64,000 bases of DNA. It comes from Eledone cirrhosa (lineage: Eukaryota). A program made the position numbers and the translations under genes. Location of the stretch: the NCBI GenBank assembly GCA_964016885.1, contig OZ024755.1, forward strand, positions 39,804,001 through 39,868,000. The letters run 5' to 3'. Numbering within the stretch: the stretch's first letter is position 1; each line of letters starts with the position of its first letter. The notes beneath the pieces are model-generated. The model saw nothing but the letters and a program-made list of their open reading frames with translations. It was not told the origin of the DNA and searched no databases. Shown piece by piece: positions 1 to 14,546 of the stretch.

Positions 1-3000
1 GTCACACAGTACACCAGTGTGACGCCCCACCAGATAGAAGTCACACGGTACAACAGTGTGACGCTCCACCAGATAGAAGTCACACGGCACACCAGTGTAG
101 TGCCTCACCAGATAGAATTCACCTGGTACAACAGTGTGACGCTCCACCAGATAGAAGTCAGACGGCACACCAGTGTGATGCTCCACCAGATAGAACCCAC
201 ACAGCACACCAGTGTGACGCTCCACCAGATAGGATCCACACGGTACAACAGTGTGACACTCCGCCAGATAGAAGTCACACGGACAACAGTGTGGCGCCCC
301 ACCAGATAGAAGGCACACGGCACACCAGTGTGGTCCTCCACCAGATAGAAGTCTCACGGCACACCAGTGTTACGCTCCACCAGATAGAAGTCACATGGCA
401 CACCAGCGTGACGCGTCACCTGATAGAAGTCACACGGCACACCAGTGTGGTGCTCCACCAGATAGAAGTCTCACGTCACACCAGTGTGACGCTCCACCAG
501 ATAGAAGTCAGACGGCACACCAGTGTGGTGCTCCACCAGATAGAAGTCTCACGGCACACCAGCGTGGCGCTCCACCAGATAGAAGGCACACGGCACACCA
601 GTGTGGTGCTCCACCAGATAGAAGTCTCACGGCAGACCAGTGTGGCGCTCCACCAGATAGAAGGCACACGGCACACCAGTGTGGCGCACCACCAGATAGA
701 AGTCACACGGCACACCAGTGTGGTCCTCCACCAGATAGAAGTCTCACGGCACACCAGTGTGACGCTCCACCAGATAGAAGTCACACGTCACACCAGTGTG
801 ACGCTCCACCAGATAGAAGTCACACGGCACACCAGTGTGACGCTCCACCAGATAGAAGTCACACGGCACACCAGTGTGGTGCTCCACCACATACAAGTCA
901 CACGGCACACCAGTGTGACGCTCCACCAGATAGAAGTCACACAGTACACCAGTGTGGTGCTCCACCACATACAAGTCACACGGCACACCAGTGTGACGCT
1001 CCACCAGATAGAAGTCACACAGTACACCAGTGTGGTGCTCCACCACATACAAGTCACACGGCACACCAGTGTGACGCTCCACCAGATAGAAGTCACACGG
1101 TACACCAGTGTGGTGCTCCACCACATACAAGTCACACGGGACACCAGTGTGACGCTCCACCAGATAGAAGTCACACAGTACACCAGTGTGGTGCTCCACC
1201 ACATACAAGTCACACGACACACCAGTGTGACGTTCCACCAGATAGAAGTCACACGGTACACCAGTGTGACGCTCCACCAGATAGAAGTCACACGGCACAC
1301 CAGTGTGACGCTCCACCAGATACAAGTCACACAGTACACCAGTGTGACGCTCCGCCAGATAGAAGTCAGACGGCACACCAGTGTGTGGTGCTCCACCAGA
1401 TAGAAGTCACACGGCACACTAGTGTGGCGCTCCACCAGATAGAAGTCACACGGCACACCGGTGTGACGCTCCACCAGATACAAGTCACACAGTACACCAG
1501 TGTGGTGCTCCACCAGATAGAAGTCACATGGTACACCAGTGTGGTGCTCCACCAGATAGAAGTCACACAGTACACCAGTGTGGTGCGCCACCAGATAGAA
1601 GTCACACAGTACACCAGTGTGGTGCTCCACCAGATACAAGTCACACAGTACACCAGTGTGGTGCGCCACCAGATAGAAGTCACACGGCACAACAGTGTGG
1701 TGCTCCACCAGATAGAAGTCACACAGTACACCAGTGTGACGCCCCACCAGATAGAAGTCACACGGTACAACAGTGTGACGCTCCACCAGATAGAAGTCAC
1801 ACGGCACACCAGTGTAGTGCCTCACCAGATAGAATTCACCTGGTACAACAGTGTGACGCTCCACCAAATAGAAGTCAGACGGCACACCAGTGTGATGCTC
1901 CACCAGATAGAACCCACACAGCACACCAGTGTGACGCTCCACCAGATAGGAACCACACGGTACAACAGTGTGACACTCCACCAGATAGAAGTCACACGGA
2001 CAACAGTGTGGCGCCCCACCAGATAGAAGGCACACGGCACACCAGTGTGGTCCTCCACCAGATAGAAGTCTCACGGCACACCAGTCTGACGCTCCACCAG
2101 ATAGAAGTCACATGGCACACCAGCGTGACGCGTCACCTGATAGAAGTCACACGGCACACCAGTGTGGTGCTCAACCAGATAGAAGTCTCACGTCACACCA
2201 GTGTGACGCTCCACCAGATAGAAGTCAGACGGCACACCAGTGTGGTGCTCCACCAGATAGAAGTCTCACGGCACACCAGCGTGGCGCTCCACCAGATAGA
2301 AGGCACACGGCACACCAGTGTGGTGCTCCACCAGATAGAAGTCTCACGGCACACCAGTGTGGCGCTCCACCAGATAGAAGGCACACGGCACACCAGTGTG
2401 ACGCTCCACCAGATAGAAGTCACACAGTACACCAGTGTGACGCTCCACCAGATAGAAGTCACACGGCACACCAGTGTGACGCTCCACCAGATAGAAGTCA
2501 CACGGCACACCAGTGTGACGCTCCACTAGATAGAAGTCACACAGTACACCAGTGTGGTGCTCCACCAGATAGAAGTCACACAGTACACCAGTGTGACGCT
2601 CCACTAGATAGAAGTCACACAGTACACCAGTGTGGTGCTCCACCAGATAGAAGTCACACGGCACACCAGTGTGACGCTCCACCAGATAGAAGTCACACAG
2701 TACACCAGTGTGGTGCTCCACCAGATAGAAGTCACACGGCACACCAGTGTGACGCTCCACCAGATAGAAGTCACACAGTACACCTGTGTGGTGCTCCACC
2801 AGATAGTATCCACACCGCACACCAGTGTGACGCTCCACCAGATAGAAGTCACACAGTACACCAGTGTGGTGCTCCACCAGATAGAAGTCACACGGCACAC
2901 CAGTGTGACGCTCCACCAGATAGAAGTCACACAGTACACCAGTGTGGTGCTCCACCAGATAGAAGACACACGGCACACCAGTGTGACGCTCCACCAGATA

Positions 3001-6000
3001 GAAGTCACACGGCACACCAGTGTGGCGCTCCACCAGATAGAAGTCACACGGCACACCAGTGTGGTGCTCCACCAGATAGAAGTCACACGGCACACCAGTG
3101 TGACGCTCCACTAGATAGAAGTCACACAGTACACCAGTGTGACGCTCCACCAGATAGAAGTCACACGGCACACCAGTGTGACGCTCCACCAGATAGAAGT
3201 CACACAGTACACCAGTGTGACGCTCCACCAGATAGAAGTCACACGGCACACCAGTGTGGCGCTCCACCAGATAGAAGTCACACGGCACACCAGTGTGGTG
3301 CTCCACCAGATAGAAGTCACACGGCACACCAGTGTGACGCTCCACTAGATAGAAGTCACACAGTACACCAGTGTGACGCTCCACCAGATAGAAGTCACAC
3401 GGCACACCAGTGTGACGCTCCACCAGATAGAAGTCACACAGTACACCAGTGTGACGCTCCACCAGATAGAAGTCACACAGTACACCAGTGTGATGCTCCA
3501 CCAGATAGAAGTCACACGGCACACCAGTGTGACGCTCCACCAGATAGAAGTCACACGGCACACCAGTGTGACGCTCCACCAGATAGAAGTCACACGGTAC
3601 ACCAGTGTGGTGCTCCACCAGATAGAAGTCACACAGTACACCAGTGTGACGCTCCACCAGATAGAAGTCACACGGCACAACAGTGTGTGGCTCCACCAGA
3701 TACAAGTCACACAGTACACCAGTGTGACGCTCCGCCAGATAGAAGTCAGACGGCACACCAGTGTGGTGCTCCACCAGATAGAAGTCACACGGCACACTAG
3801 TGTGGCGCTCCACCAGATAGAAGTCACACGGCACACCAGTGTGACGCTCCACCAGATACAAGTCACACAGTACACCAGTGTGACGCTCCGCCAGATAGAA
3901 GTCAGACGGCACACCAGTGTGTGGTGCTCCACCAGATAGAAGTCACACGGCACACTAGTGTGGCGCTCCACCAGATAGAAGTCACACGGCACACCAGTGT
4001 GACGCTCCACCAGATACAAGTCACACAGTACACCAGTGTGGTGCTCCACCAGATAGAAGTCACATGGTACACCAGTGTGGTGCTCCACCAGATAGAAGTC
4101 ACACAGTACACCAGTGTGGTGCGCCACCAGATAGAAGTCACACGGCACACCAGTGTGGTGCTCCACCAGATACAAGTCACACAGTACACCAGTGTGGTGC
4201 GCCACCAGATAGAAGTCACACGGCACAACAGTGTGGTGCTCCACCAGATAGAAGTCACACAGTACACCAGTGTGACGCCCCACCAGATAGAAGTCACACG
4301 GTACAACAGTGTGACGCTCCACCAGATAGAAGTCACACGGCACACCAGTGTAGTGCCTCACCAGATAGAATTCACCTGGTACAACAGTGTGACGCTCCAC
4401 CAAATAGAAGTCAGACGGCACACCAGTGTGATGCTCCACCAGATAGAACCCACACAGCACACCAGTGTGACGCTCCACCAGATAGGATCCACACGGTACA
4501 ACAGTGTGACACTCCACCAGATAGAAGTCACACGGACAACAGTGTGGCGCCCCACCAGATAGAAGGCACACGGCACACCAGTGTGGTCCTCCACCAGATA
4601 GAAGTCTCACCGCACACCAGTGTGACGCTCCACCAGATAGAAGTCACATGGCACACCAGCGTGACGCGTCACCTGATAGAAGTCACACGGCACACCAGTG
4701 TGGTGCTCCACCAGATAGAAGTCTCACGTCACACCAGTGTGACGCTCCACCAGATAGAAGTCAGACGGCACACCAGTGTGGTGCTCCACCAGATAGAAGT
4801 CTCACGGCACACCAGTGTGGCGCTCCACCAGATAGAAGGCACACGGCACACCAGTGTGGTGCTCCACCAGATAGAAGTCTCACGGCACACCAGTGTGGCG
4901 CTCCACCAGATAGAAGGCACACGGCACACCAGTGTGGCGCACCACCAGATAGAAATCACACGGCACACCAGTGTGGTCCTCCACCAGATAGAAGTCTCAC
5001 GGCACACCAGTGTGACGCTCCACCAGATAGAAGTCACACGTCACACCAGTGTGACGCTCCACCAGATAGAAGTCACACGGCACACCAGTGTGACGCTCCA
5101 CCAGATAGAAGTCACACGGCACACCAGTGTGGTGCTCCACCACATACAAGTCACACGGCACACCAGTGTGACGCTCCACCAGATAGAAGTCACACAGTAC
5201 ACCAGTGTGGTGCTCCACCACATACAAGTCACACGGCACACCAGTGTGACGCTCCACCAGATAGAAGTCACACAGTACACCAGTGTGGTGCTCCACCACA
5301 TACAAGTCACACGGCACACCAGTGTGACGCTCCACCAGATAGAAGTCACACGGTACACCAGTGTGGTGCTCCACCACATACAAGTCACACGGCACACCAG
5401 TGTGCCGCTCCACCAGATAGAAGTGACACAGTACACCAGTGTGGTGCTCCACCACATACAAGTCACACGGCACACCAGTGTGACGCTCCACCAGATAGAA
5501 GTCACACGGTACACCAGTGTGGTGCTCCACCACATACAAGTCACACGGCACACCAGTGTGACGCTCCACCAGATACAAGTCACACAGTACACCAGTGTGA
5601 CGCTCCGCCAGATAGAAGTCAGACGGCACACCAGTGTGTGGTGCTCCACCAGATAGAAGTCACACGGCACACTAGTGTGGCGCTCCACCAGATAGAAGTC
5701 ACACGGCACACCAGTGTGACGCTCCACCAGATACAAGTCACACAGTACACCAGTGTGGTGCTCCACCAGATAGAAGTCACATGGTACACCAGTGTGGTGC
5801 TCCACCAGATAGAAGTCACACAGTACACCAGTGTGGTGCGCCACCAGATAGAAGTCACACAGTACACCAGTGTGGTGCTCCACCAGATACAAGTCACACA
5901 GTACACCAGTGTGGTGCGCCACCAGATAGAAGTCACACGGCACAACAGTGTGGTGCTCCACCAGATAGAAGTCACACAGTACACCAGTGTGACGCCCCAC

Positions 6001-9000
6001 CAGATAGAAGTCACACGGTACAACAGTGTGACGCTCCACCAGATAGAAGTCACACGGCACACCAGTGTAGTGCCTCACCAGATAGAATTCACCTGGTACA
6101 ACAGTGTGACGCTCCACCAAATAGAAGTCAGACGGCACACCAGTGTGATGCTCCACCAGATAGAACCCACACAGCACACCAGTGTGACGCTCCACCAGAT
6201 AGGAACCACACGGTACAACAGTGTGACACTCCACCAGATAGAAGTCACACGGACAACAGTGTGGCGCCCCACCAGATAGAAGGCACACGGCACACCAGTG
6301 TGGTCCTCCACCAGATAGAAGTCTCACGGCACACCAGTCTGACGCTCCACCAGATAGAAGTCACATGGCACACCAGCGTGACGCGTCACCTGATAGAAGT
6401 CACACGGCACACCAGTGTGGTGCTCAACCAGATAGAAGTCTCACGTCACACCAGTGTGACGCTCCACCAGATAGAAGTCAGACGGCACACCAGTGTGGTG
6501 CTCCACCAGATAGAAGTCTCACGGCACACCAGCGTGGCGCTCCACCAGATAGAAGGCACACGGCACACCAGTGTGGTGCTCCACCAGATAGAAGTCTCAC
6601 GGCACACCAGTGTGGCGCTCCACCAGATAGAAGGCACACGGCACACCAGTGTGACGCTCCACCAGATAGAAGTCACACAGTACACCAGTGTGACGCTCCA
6701 CCAGATAGAAGTCACACGGCACACCAGTGTGACGCTCCACCAGATAGAAGTCACACGGCACACCAGTGTGACGCTCCACTAGATAGAAGTCACACAGTAC
6801 ACCAGTGTGGTGCTCCACCAGATAGAAGTCACACAGTACACCAGTGTGACGCTCCACTAGATAGAAGTCACACAGTACACCAGTGTGGTGCTCCACCAGA
6901 TAGAAGTCACACGGCACACCAGTGTGACGCTCCACCAGATAGAAGTCACACAGTACACCAGTGTGGTGCTCCACCAGATAGAAGTCACACGGCACACCAG
7001 TGTGACGCTCCACCAGATAGAAGTCACACAGTACACCTGTGTGGTGCTCCACCAGATAGTATCCACACCGCACACCAGTGTGACGCTCCACCAGATAGAA
7101 GTCACACAGTACACCAGTGTGGTGCTCCACCAGATAGAAGTCACACGGCACACCAGTGTGACGCTCCACCAGATAGAAGTCATACAGTACACCAGTGTGG
7201 TGCTCCACCAGATAGAAGACACACGGCACACCAGTGTGACGCTCCACCAGATAGAAGTCACACGGCACACCAGTGTGGCGCTCCACCAGATAGAAGTCAC
7301 ACGGCACACCAGTGTGGTGCTCCACCAGATAGAAGTCACACGGCACACCAGTGTGACGCTCCACTAGATAGAAGTCACACAGTACACCAGTGTGACGCTC
7401 CACCAGATAGAAGTCACACGGCACACCAGTGTGACGCTCCACCAGATAGAAGTCACACAGTACACCAGTGTGACGCTCCACCAGATAGAAGTCACACGGC
7501 ACACCAGTGTGGCGCTCCACCAGATAGAAGTCACACGGCACACCAGTGTGGTGCTCCACCAGATAGAAGTCACACGGCACACCAGTGTGACGCTCCACTA
7601 GATAGAAGTCACACAGTACACCAGTGTGACGCTCCACCAGATAGAAGTCACACGGCACACCAGTGTGACGCTCCACCAGATAGAAGTCACACAGTACACC
7701 AGTGTGACGCTCCACCAGATAGAAGTCACACAGTACACCAGTGTGATGCTCCACCAGATAGAAGTCACACGGCACACCAGTGTGACGCTCCACCAGATAG
7801 AAGTCACACGGCACACCAGTGTGACGCTCCACCAGATAGAAGTCACACGGTACACCAGTGTGGTGCTCCACCAGATAGAAGTCACACAGTACACCAGTGT
7901 GACGCTCCACCAGATAGAAGTCACACGGCACAACAGTGTGTGGCTCCACCAGATACAAGTCACACAGTACACCAGTGTGACGCTCCGCCAGATAGAAGTC
8001 AGACGGCACACCAGTGTGGTGCTCCACCAGATAGAAGTCACACGGCACACTAGTGTGGCGCTCCACCAGATAGAAGTCACACGGCACACCAGTGTGACGC
8101 TCCACCAGATACAAGTCACACAGTACACCAGTGTGACGCTCCGCCAGATAGAAGTCAGACGGCACACCAGTGTGTGGTGCTCCACCAGATAGAAGTCACA
8201 CGGCACACTAGTGTGGCGCTCCACCAGATAGAAGTCACACGGCACACCAGTGTGACGCTCCACCAGATACAAGTCACACAGTACACCAGTGTGGTGCTCC
8301 ACCAGATAGAAGTCACATGGTACACCAGTGTGGTGCTCCACCAGATAGAAGTCACACAGTACACCAGTGTGGTGCGCCACCAGATAGAAGTCACACGGCA
8401 CACCAGTGTGGTGCTCCACCAGATACAAGTCACACAGTACACCAGTGTGGTGCGCCACCAGATAGAAGTCACACGGCACAACAGTGTGGTGCTCCACCAG
8501 ATAGAAGTCACACAGTACACCAGTGTGACGCCCCACCAGATAGAAGTCACACGGTACAACAGTGTGACGCTCCACCAGATAGAAGTCACACGGCACACCA
8601 GTGTAGTGCCTCACCAGATAGAATTCACCTGGTACAACAGTGTGACGCTCCACCAAATAGAAGTCAGACGGCACACCAGTGTGATGCTCCACCAGATAGA
8701 ACCCACACAGCACACCAGTGTGACGCTCCACCAGATAGGATCCACACGGTACAACAGTGTGACACTCCACCAGATAGAAGTCACACGGACAACAGTGTGG
8801 CGCCCCACCAGATAGAAGGCACACGGCACACCAGTGTGGTCCTCCACCAGATAGAAGTCTCACCGCACACCAGTGTGACGCTCCACCAGATAGAAGTCAC
8901 ATGGCACACCAGCGTGACGCGTCACCTGATAGAAGTCACACGGCACACCAGTGTGGTGCTCCACCAGATAGAAGTCTCACGTCACACCAGTGTGACGCTC

Positions 9001-12000
9001 CACCAGATAGAAGTCAGACGGCACACCAGTGTGGTGCTCCACCAGATAGAAGTCTCACGGCACACCAGTGTGGCGCTCCACCAGATAGAAGGCACACGGC
9101 ACACCAGTGTGGTGCTCCACCAGATAGAAGTCTCACGGCACACCAGTGTGGCGCTCCACCAGATAGAAGGCACACGGCACACCAGTGTGGCGCACCACCA
9201 GATAGAAGTCACACGGCACACCAGTGTGGTCCTCCACCAGATAGAAGTCTCACGGCACACCAGTGTGACGCTCCACCAGATAGAAGTCACACGTCACACC
9301 AGTGTGACGCTCCACCAGATAGAAGTCACACGGCACACCAGTGTGACGCTCCACCAGATAGAAGTCACACGGCACACCAGTGTGGTGCTCCACCACATAC
9401 AAGTCACACGGCACACCAGTGTGACGCTCCACCAGATAGAAGTCACACAGTACACCAGTGTGGTGCTCCACCACATACAAGTCACACGGCACACCAGTGT
9501 GACGCTCCACCAGATAGAAGTCACACAGTACACCAGTGTGGTGCTCCACCACATACAAGTCACACGGCACACCAGTGTGACGCTCCACCAGATAGAAGTC
9601 ACACGGTACACCAGTGTGGTGCTCCACCACATACAAGTCACACGGCACACCAGTGTGACGCTCCACCAGATAGAAGTGACACAGTACACCAGTGTGGTGC
9701 TCCACCACATACAAGTCACACGGCACACCAGTGTGACGCTCCACCAGATAGAAGTCACACGGTACACCAGTGTGGTGCCCCACCACATACAAGTCACACG
9801 GCACACCAGTGTGACGCTCCACCAGATAGAAGTCACACGGCACACCAGTGTGGTGCTCCACCACATACAAGTCACACGGCACACCAGTGTGACGCTCCAC
9901 CAGATAGAAGTCACACAGTACACCAGTGTGGTGCTCCACCACATACAAGTCACACGGCACACCAGTGTGACGCTCCACCAGATAGAAGTCACACGGTACA
10001 CCAGTGTGGTGCTCCACCACATACAAGTCACACGGCACACCAGTGTGACGCTCCACCAGATAGAAGTCACACAGTACACCAGTGTGGTGCTCCACCACAT
10101 ACAAGTCACACGGCACACCAGTGTGACGCTCCACTAGATAGAAGTCACACAGTACACCAGTGTGACGCTCCACCAGATAGAAGTCACACGGCACACCAGT
10201 GTGGTGCTCCACCAGATAGAAGTCACACAGTACACCAGTGTGGTGCTCCACTAGATAGAAGTCACACAGTACACCAGTGTGGCGCTCCACCAGATAGAAG
10301 TCACACGGCACACTAGTGTGGTGCTCCACCAGATAGAAGTCACACAGTACACCAGTGTGGTGCTCCACTAGATAGAAGTCACACAGTACACCAGTGTGAC
10401 GCTCCACCAGATAGAAGTCACACGGCACACCAGTGTGACGCTCCACCAGATAGAAGTCACACAGTACACCAGTGTGACGCTCCACCAGATAGAAGTCACA
10501 CGGCACACCAGTGTGACGCTCCACTAGATAGAAGTCACACAGTACACCAGTGTGACGCTCCACCAGATAGAAGTCACACGGCACACCAGTGTGACGCTCC
10601 ACCAGATAGAAGTCACACAGTACACCAGTGTGACGCTCCACCAGATAGAAGTCACACAGTACACCAGTGTGACGCTCCACCAGATAGAAGTCACACAGTA
10701 CACCAGTGTGGTGCTCCACCAGATAGAAGTCACACGGCACACCAGTGTGACGCTCCACCAGATAGAAGTCACACGGCACACCAGTGTGACGCTCCACCAG
10801 ATAGTATCCACACGGCACACCAGTGTGACGCTCCACCAGATAGAAGCCACACGGCACACCAGTGTGTGGTGCTCCACCAGATAGAAGTCACACAGTACAC
10901 CAGTGTGACGCTCCACCAGATAGAAGTCACACAGTACACCAGTGTGGTGCTCCACCAGATAGAAGTCACACGGCACACCAGTGTGACGCTCCACCAGATA
11001 GAAGTCACACAGTACACCAGTGTGACGCTCCACCAGATAGAAGTCACACGGTACACCAGTGTGACGCTCCACTAGATAGAAGTCACACAGTACACCAGTG
11101 TGGTGCTCCACCACATACAAGTCACACGGCACACCAGTGTGACGCTCCACCAGATAGAAGTCACACAGTACACCAGTGTGGTGCTCCACCAGATAGAAGT
11201 CACACGGTACACCAGTGTGACGCTCCACCAGATAGAAGTCACACGGCACACCAGTGTGACGCTCCACTAGATAGAAGTCACACAGTACACCAGTGTGGTG
11301 CTCCACTAGATAGAAGTCACACGGCACACCAGTGTGACGCTCCACCAGATAGAAGACACACGGCACACCAGTGTGACGCTCCACCAGATAGAAGTCACAC
11401 GGCACACCAGTGTGACGCTCCACTAGATAGAAGTCACACAGTACACCAGTGTGGTGCTCCACCAGATAGAAGTCACACAGTACACCAGTGTGGTGCTCCA
11501 CCAGATAGAAGTCACACAGTACACCAGTGTGACGCTCCACTAGATAGAAGTCACACAGTACACCAGTGTGGTGCTCCACCAGATAGAAGTCACACGGCAC
11601 ACCAGTGTGACGCTCCACCAGATAGAAGTCACACAGTACACCAGTGTGGTGCTCCACCAGATAGAAGTCACACGGCACACCAGTGTGACGCTCCACCAGA
11701 TAGAAGTCACACAGTACACCAGTGTGGTGCTCCACCAGATAGAAGACACACGGCACACCAGTGTGACGCTCCACCAGATAGAAGTCACACAGTACACCAG
11801 TGTGGTGCTCCACCAGATAGAAGTCACACGGCACACCAGTGTGACGCTCCACCAGATAGAAGTCACACAGTACACCAGTGTGGTGCTCCACCAGATAGAA
11901 GACACACGGCACACCAGTGTGACGCTCCACCAGATAGAAGTCACACGGCACACCAGTGTGACGCTCCACCAGATAGAAGTCACACGGCACACCAGTGTGA

Positions 12001-14199
12001 CGCTCCACCAGATAGAAGTCACACGGCACACCAGTGTGACGCTCCACCAGATAGAAGTCACACGGCACACCAGTGTGACGCTCCACCAGATAGAAGACAC
12101 ACGGCTCACCAGTGTGACGCTCCACCAGATAGAAGTCACACAGTACACCAGTGTGACGCTCCACCAGATAGAAGTCAGACGGCACACCAGTGTGACGCTC
12201 CACCAGATAGAAGTCACACGGCACACCAGTGTGACGCTCCACCAGATAGAAGTCACACAGTACACCAGTGTGACGCTCCACCAGATAGAAGACACACGGC
12301 ACACCAGTGTGGCGCTCCACCAGATAGAAGTCACACGGCACACCAGTGTGGTGCTCCACCAGATAGAAGTCACACGGCACACCAGTGTGACGCTCCACTA
12401 GATAGAAATCACACAGTACACCAGTGTGACGCTCCACCAGATAGAAGTCACACGGCACACCAGTGTGACGCTCCACCAGATAGAAGTCACACAGTACACC
12501 AGTGTGACGCTCCACCAGATAGAAGTCACACAGTACACCAGTGTGACGCTCCACCAGATAGAAGTCACACGGCACACCAGTGTGACGCTCCACCAGATAG
12601 AAGTCACACGGCACACCAGTGTGACGCTCCACCAGATAGAAGTCACACGGTACACCAGTGTGGTGCTCCACCAGATAGAAGTCACACAGTACACCAGTGT
12701 GACGCTCCACCAGATAGAAGTCACACGGCACACCAGTGTGACGCTCCACCAGATACAAGTCACACAGTACACCAGTGTGACGCTCCGCCAGATAGAAGTC
12801 AGACGGCACACCAGTGTGGTGCTCCACCAGATAGAAGTCACACGGCACACTAGTGTGGCGCTCCACCAGATAGAAGTCACACGGCACACCAGTGTGACGC
12901 TCCACCAGATAGAAGTCACACGGCACACCAGTGTGACGCTCCGCCAGATAGAAGTCAGACGGCACACCAGTGTGTGGTGCTCCACCAGATAGAAGTCACA
13001 CGGCACACTAGTGTGGCGCTCCACCAGATAGAAGTCACACGGCACACCAGTGTGACGCTCCACCAGATACAAGTCACACAGTACACCAGTGTGGTGCTCC
13101 ACCAGATAGAAGTCACACGGTACACCAGTGTGGTGCTCCACCAGATAGAAGTCACACAGTACACCTGTGTGGTGCGCCACCAGATAGAAGTCACACAGTA
13201 CACCAGTGTGGTGCGCCACCAGATACAAGTCACACAGTACACCAGTGTGGTGCGCCACCAGATAGAAGTCACACGGCACAACAGTGTGGTGCTCCACCAG
13301 ATAGAAGTCACACAGTACACCAGTGTGACGCCCCACCAGATAGAAGTCACACGGTACAACAGTGTGACGCTCCACCAGATAGAAGTCACACGGCACACCA
13401 GTGTAGTGCCTCACCAGATAGAATTCACCTGGTACAACAGTGTGACGCTCCACCAGATAGAAGTCAGACGGCACACCAGTGTGATGCTCCACCAGATAGA
13501 ACCCACACAGCACACCAGTGTGACGCTCCACCAGATAGGAACCACACGGTACAACAGTGTGACACTCCACCAGATAGAAGTCACACGGACAACAGTGTGG
13601 CGCCCCACCAGATAGAAGGCACACGGCACACCAGTGTGGTCCTCCACCAGATAGAAGTCTCACGGCACACCAGTGTGACGCTCCACCAGATAGAAGTCAC
13701 ATGGCACACCAGCGTGACGCGTCACCTGATAGAAGTCACACGGCACACCAGTGTGGTGCTCCACCAGATAGAAGTCTCACGTCACACCAGTGTGACGCTC
13801 CACCAGATAGAAGTCAGACGGCACACCAGTGTGGTGCTCCACCAGATAGAAGTCTCACGGCACACCAGTGTGGCGCTCCACCAGATAGAAGGCACACGGC
13901 ACACCAGTGTGGTGCTCCACCAGATAGAAGTCTCACGGCACACCAGTGTGGAGCTCCACCAGATAGAAGGCACACGGCACACCAGTGTGGCGCACCACCA
14001 GATAGAAGTCACACGGCACACCAGTGTGGTCCTCCACCAGATAGAAGTCTCACGGCACACCAGTGTGACGCTCCACCAGATAGAAGTCACACGTCACACC
14101 AGTGTGACGCTCCACCAGATAGAAGTCACACGGCACACCAGTGTGACGCTCCACCAGATAGAAGTCACACGGCACACCAGTGTGACGCTCCACCAGATA
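1..14199. repeat. 39-bp tandem satellite (consensus GTCACACGGCACACCAGTGTGACGCTCCACCAGATAGAA) with higher-order repeat structure; runs off the left edge
   Basis: Continuous 39-bp periodicity. A rare variant unit carrying GAATTC recurs at 115, 1832, 4368, 6085, 8621 and 13421. Confidence 0.98.
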
Positions 14200-14493
14200 T
14201 GTGTGCACGTATGTATATATATATACATACTACTGTACGTCTGTATACATATATGTATGTACGTATACATACTTATATTTAAGTAACAGCCGTACTAAGA
14301 ATGAGAAATGAAATTTCGTTTCATTTTTTCCATTTATCGTTTTAGGTGCGCCCGGCCGATTAACTCACTCGATATGCAAATTAGGCTGCTCAGCCGTTAA
14401 TATGCATAAGGAAAGTATATACTTTCAGACGTTCAATCATCTGGCAGGATGGTATACGGTGCTGACGATAGTACGTATACATACGTATACATA

Positions 14494-14546
<53 letters not shown>

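Noticed and set aside
1-14199. CRISPR-like array of hairpin-containing repeats
   Set aside because: Units are contiguous with no unique spacers, there are no cas genes, and the context is eukaryotic.
1-14199. Satellite monomer as a hammerhead (minus-strand CTGGTGGAG plus GTCACAC/GTGTGAC stem)
   Set aside because: No GAAA follows the stem, the core is non-canonical, and stems I and III are absent.
19-14286. Long His/Thr/Val- or Cys-rich 13-aa repeat ORFs (up to 813 aa)
   Set aside because: They are open in four of six frames simply because the monomer is 39 bp. Recurrent frameshifts and stops, and no unique N- or C-terminal domains.
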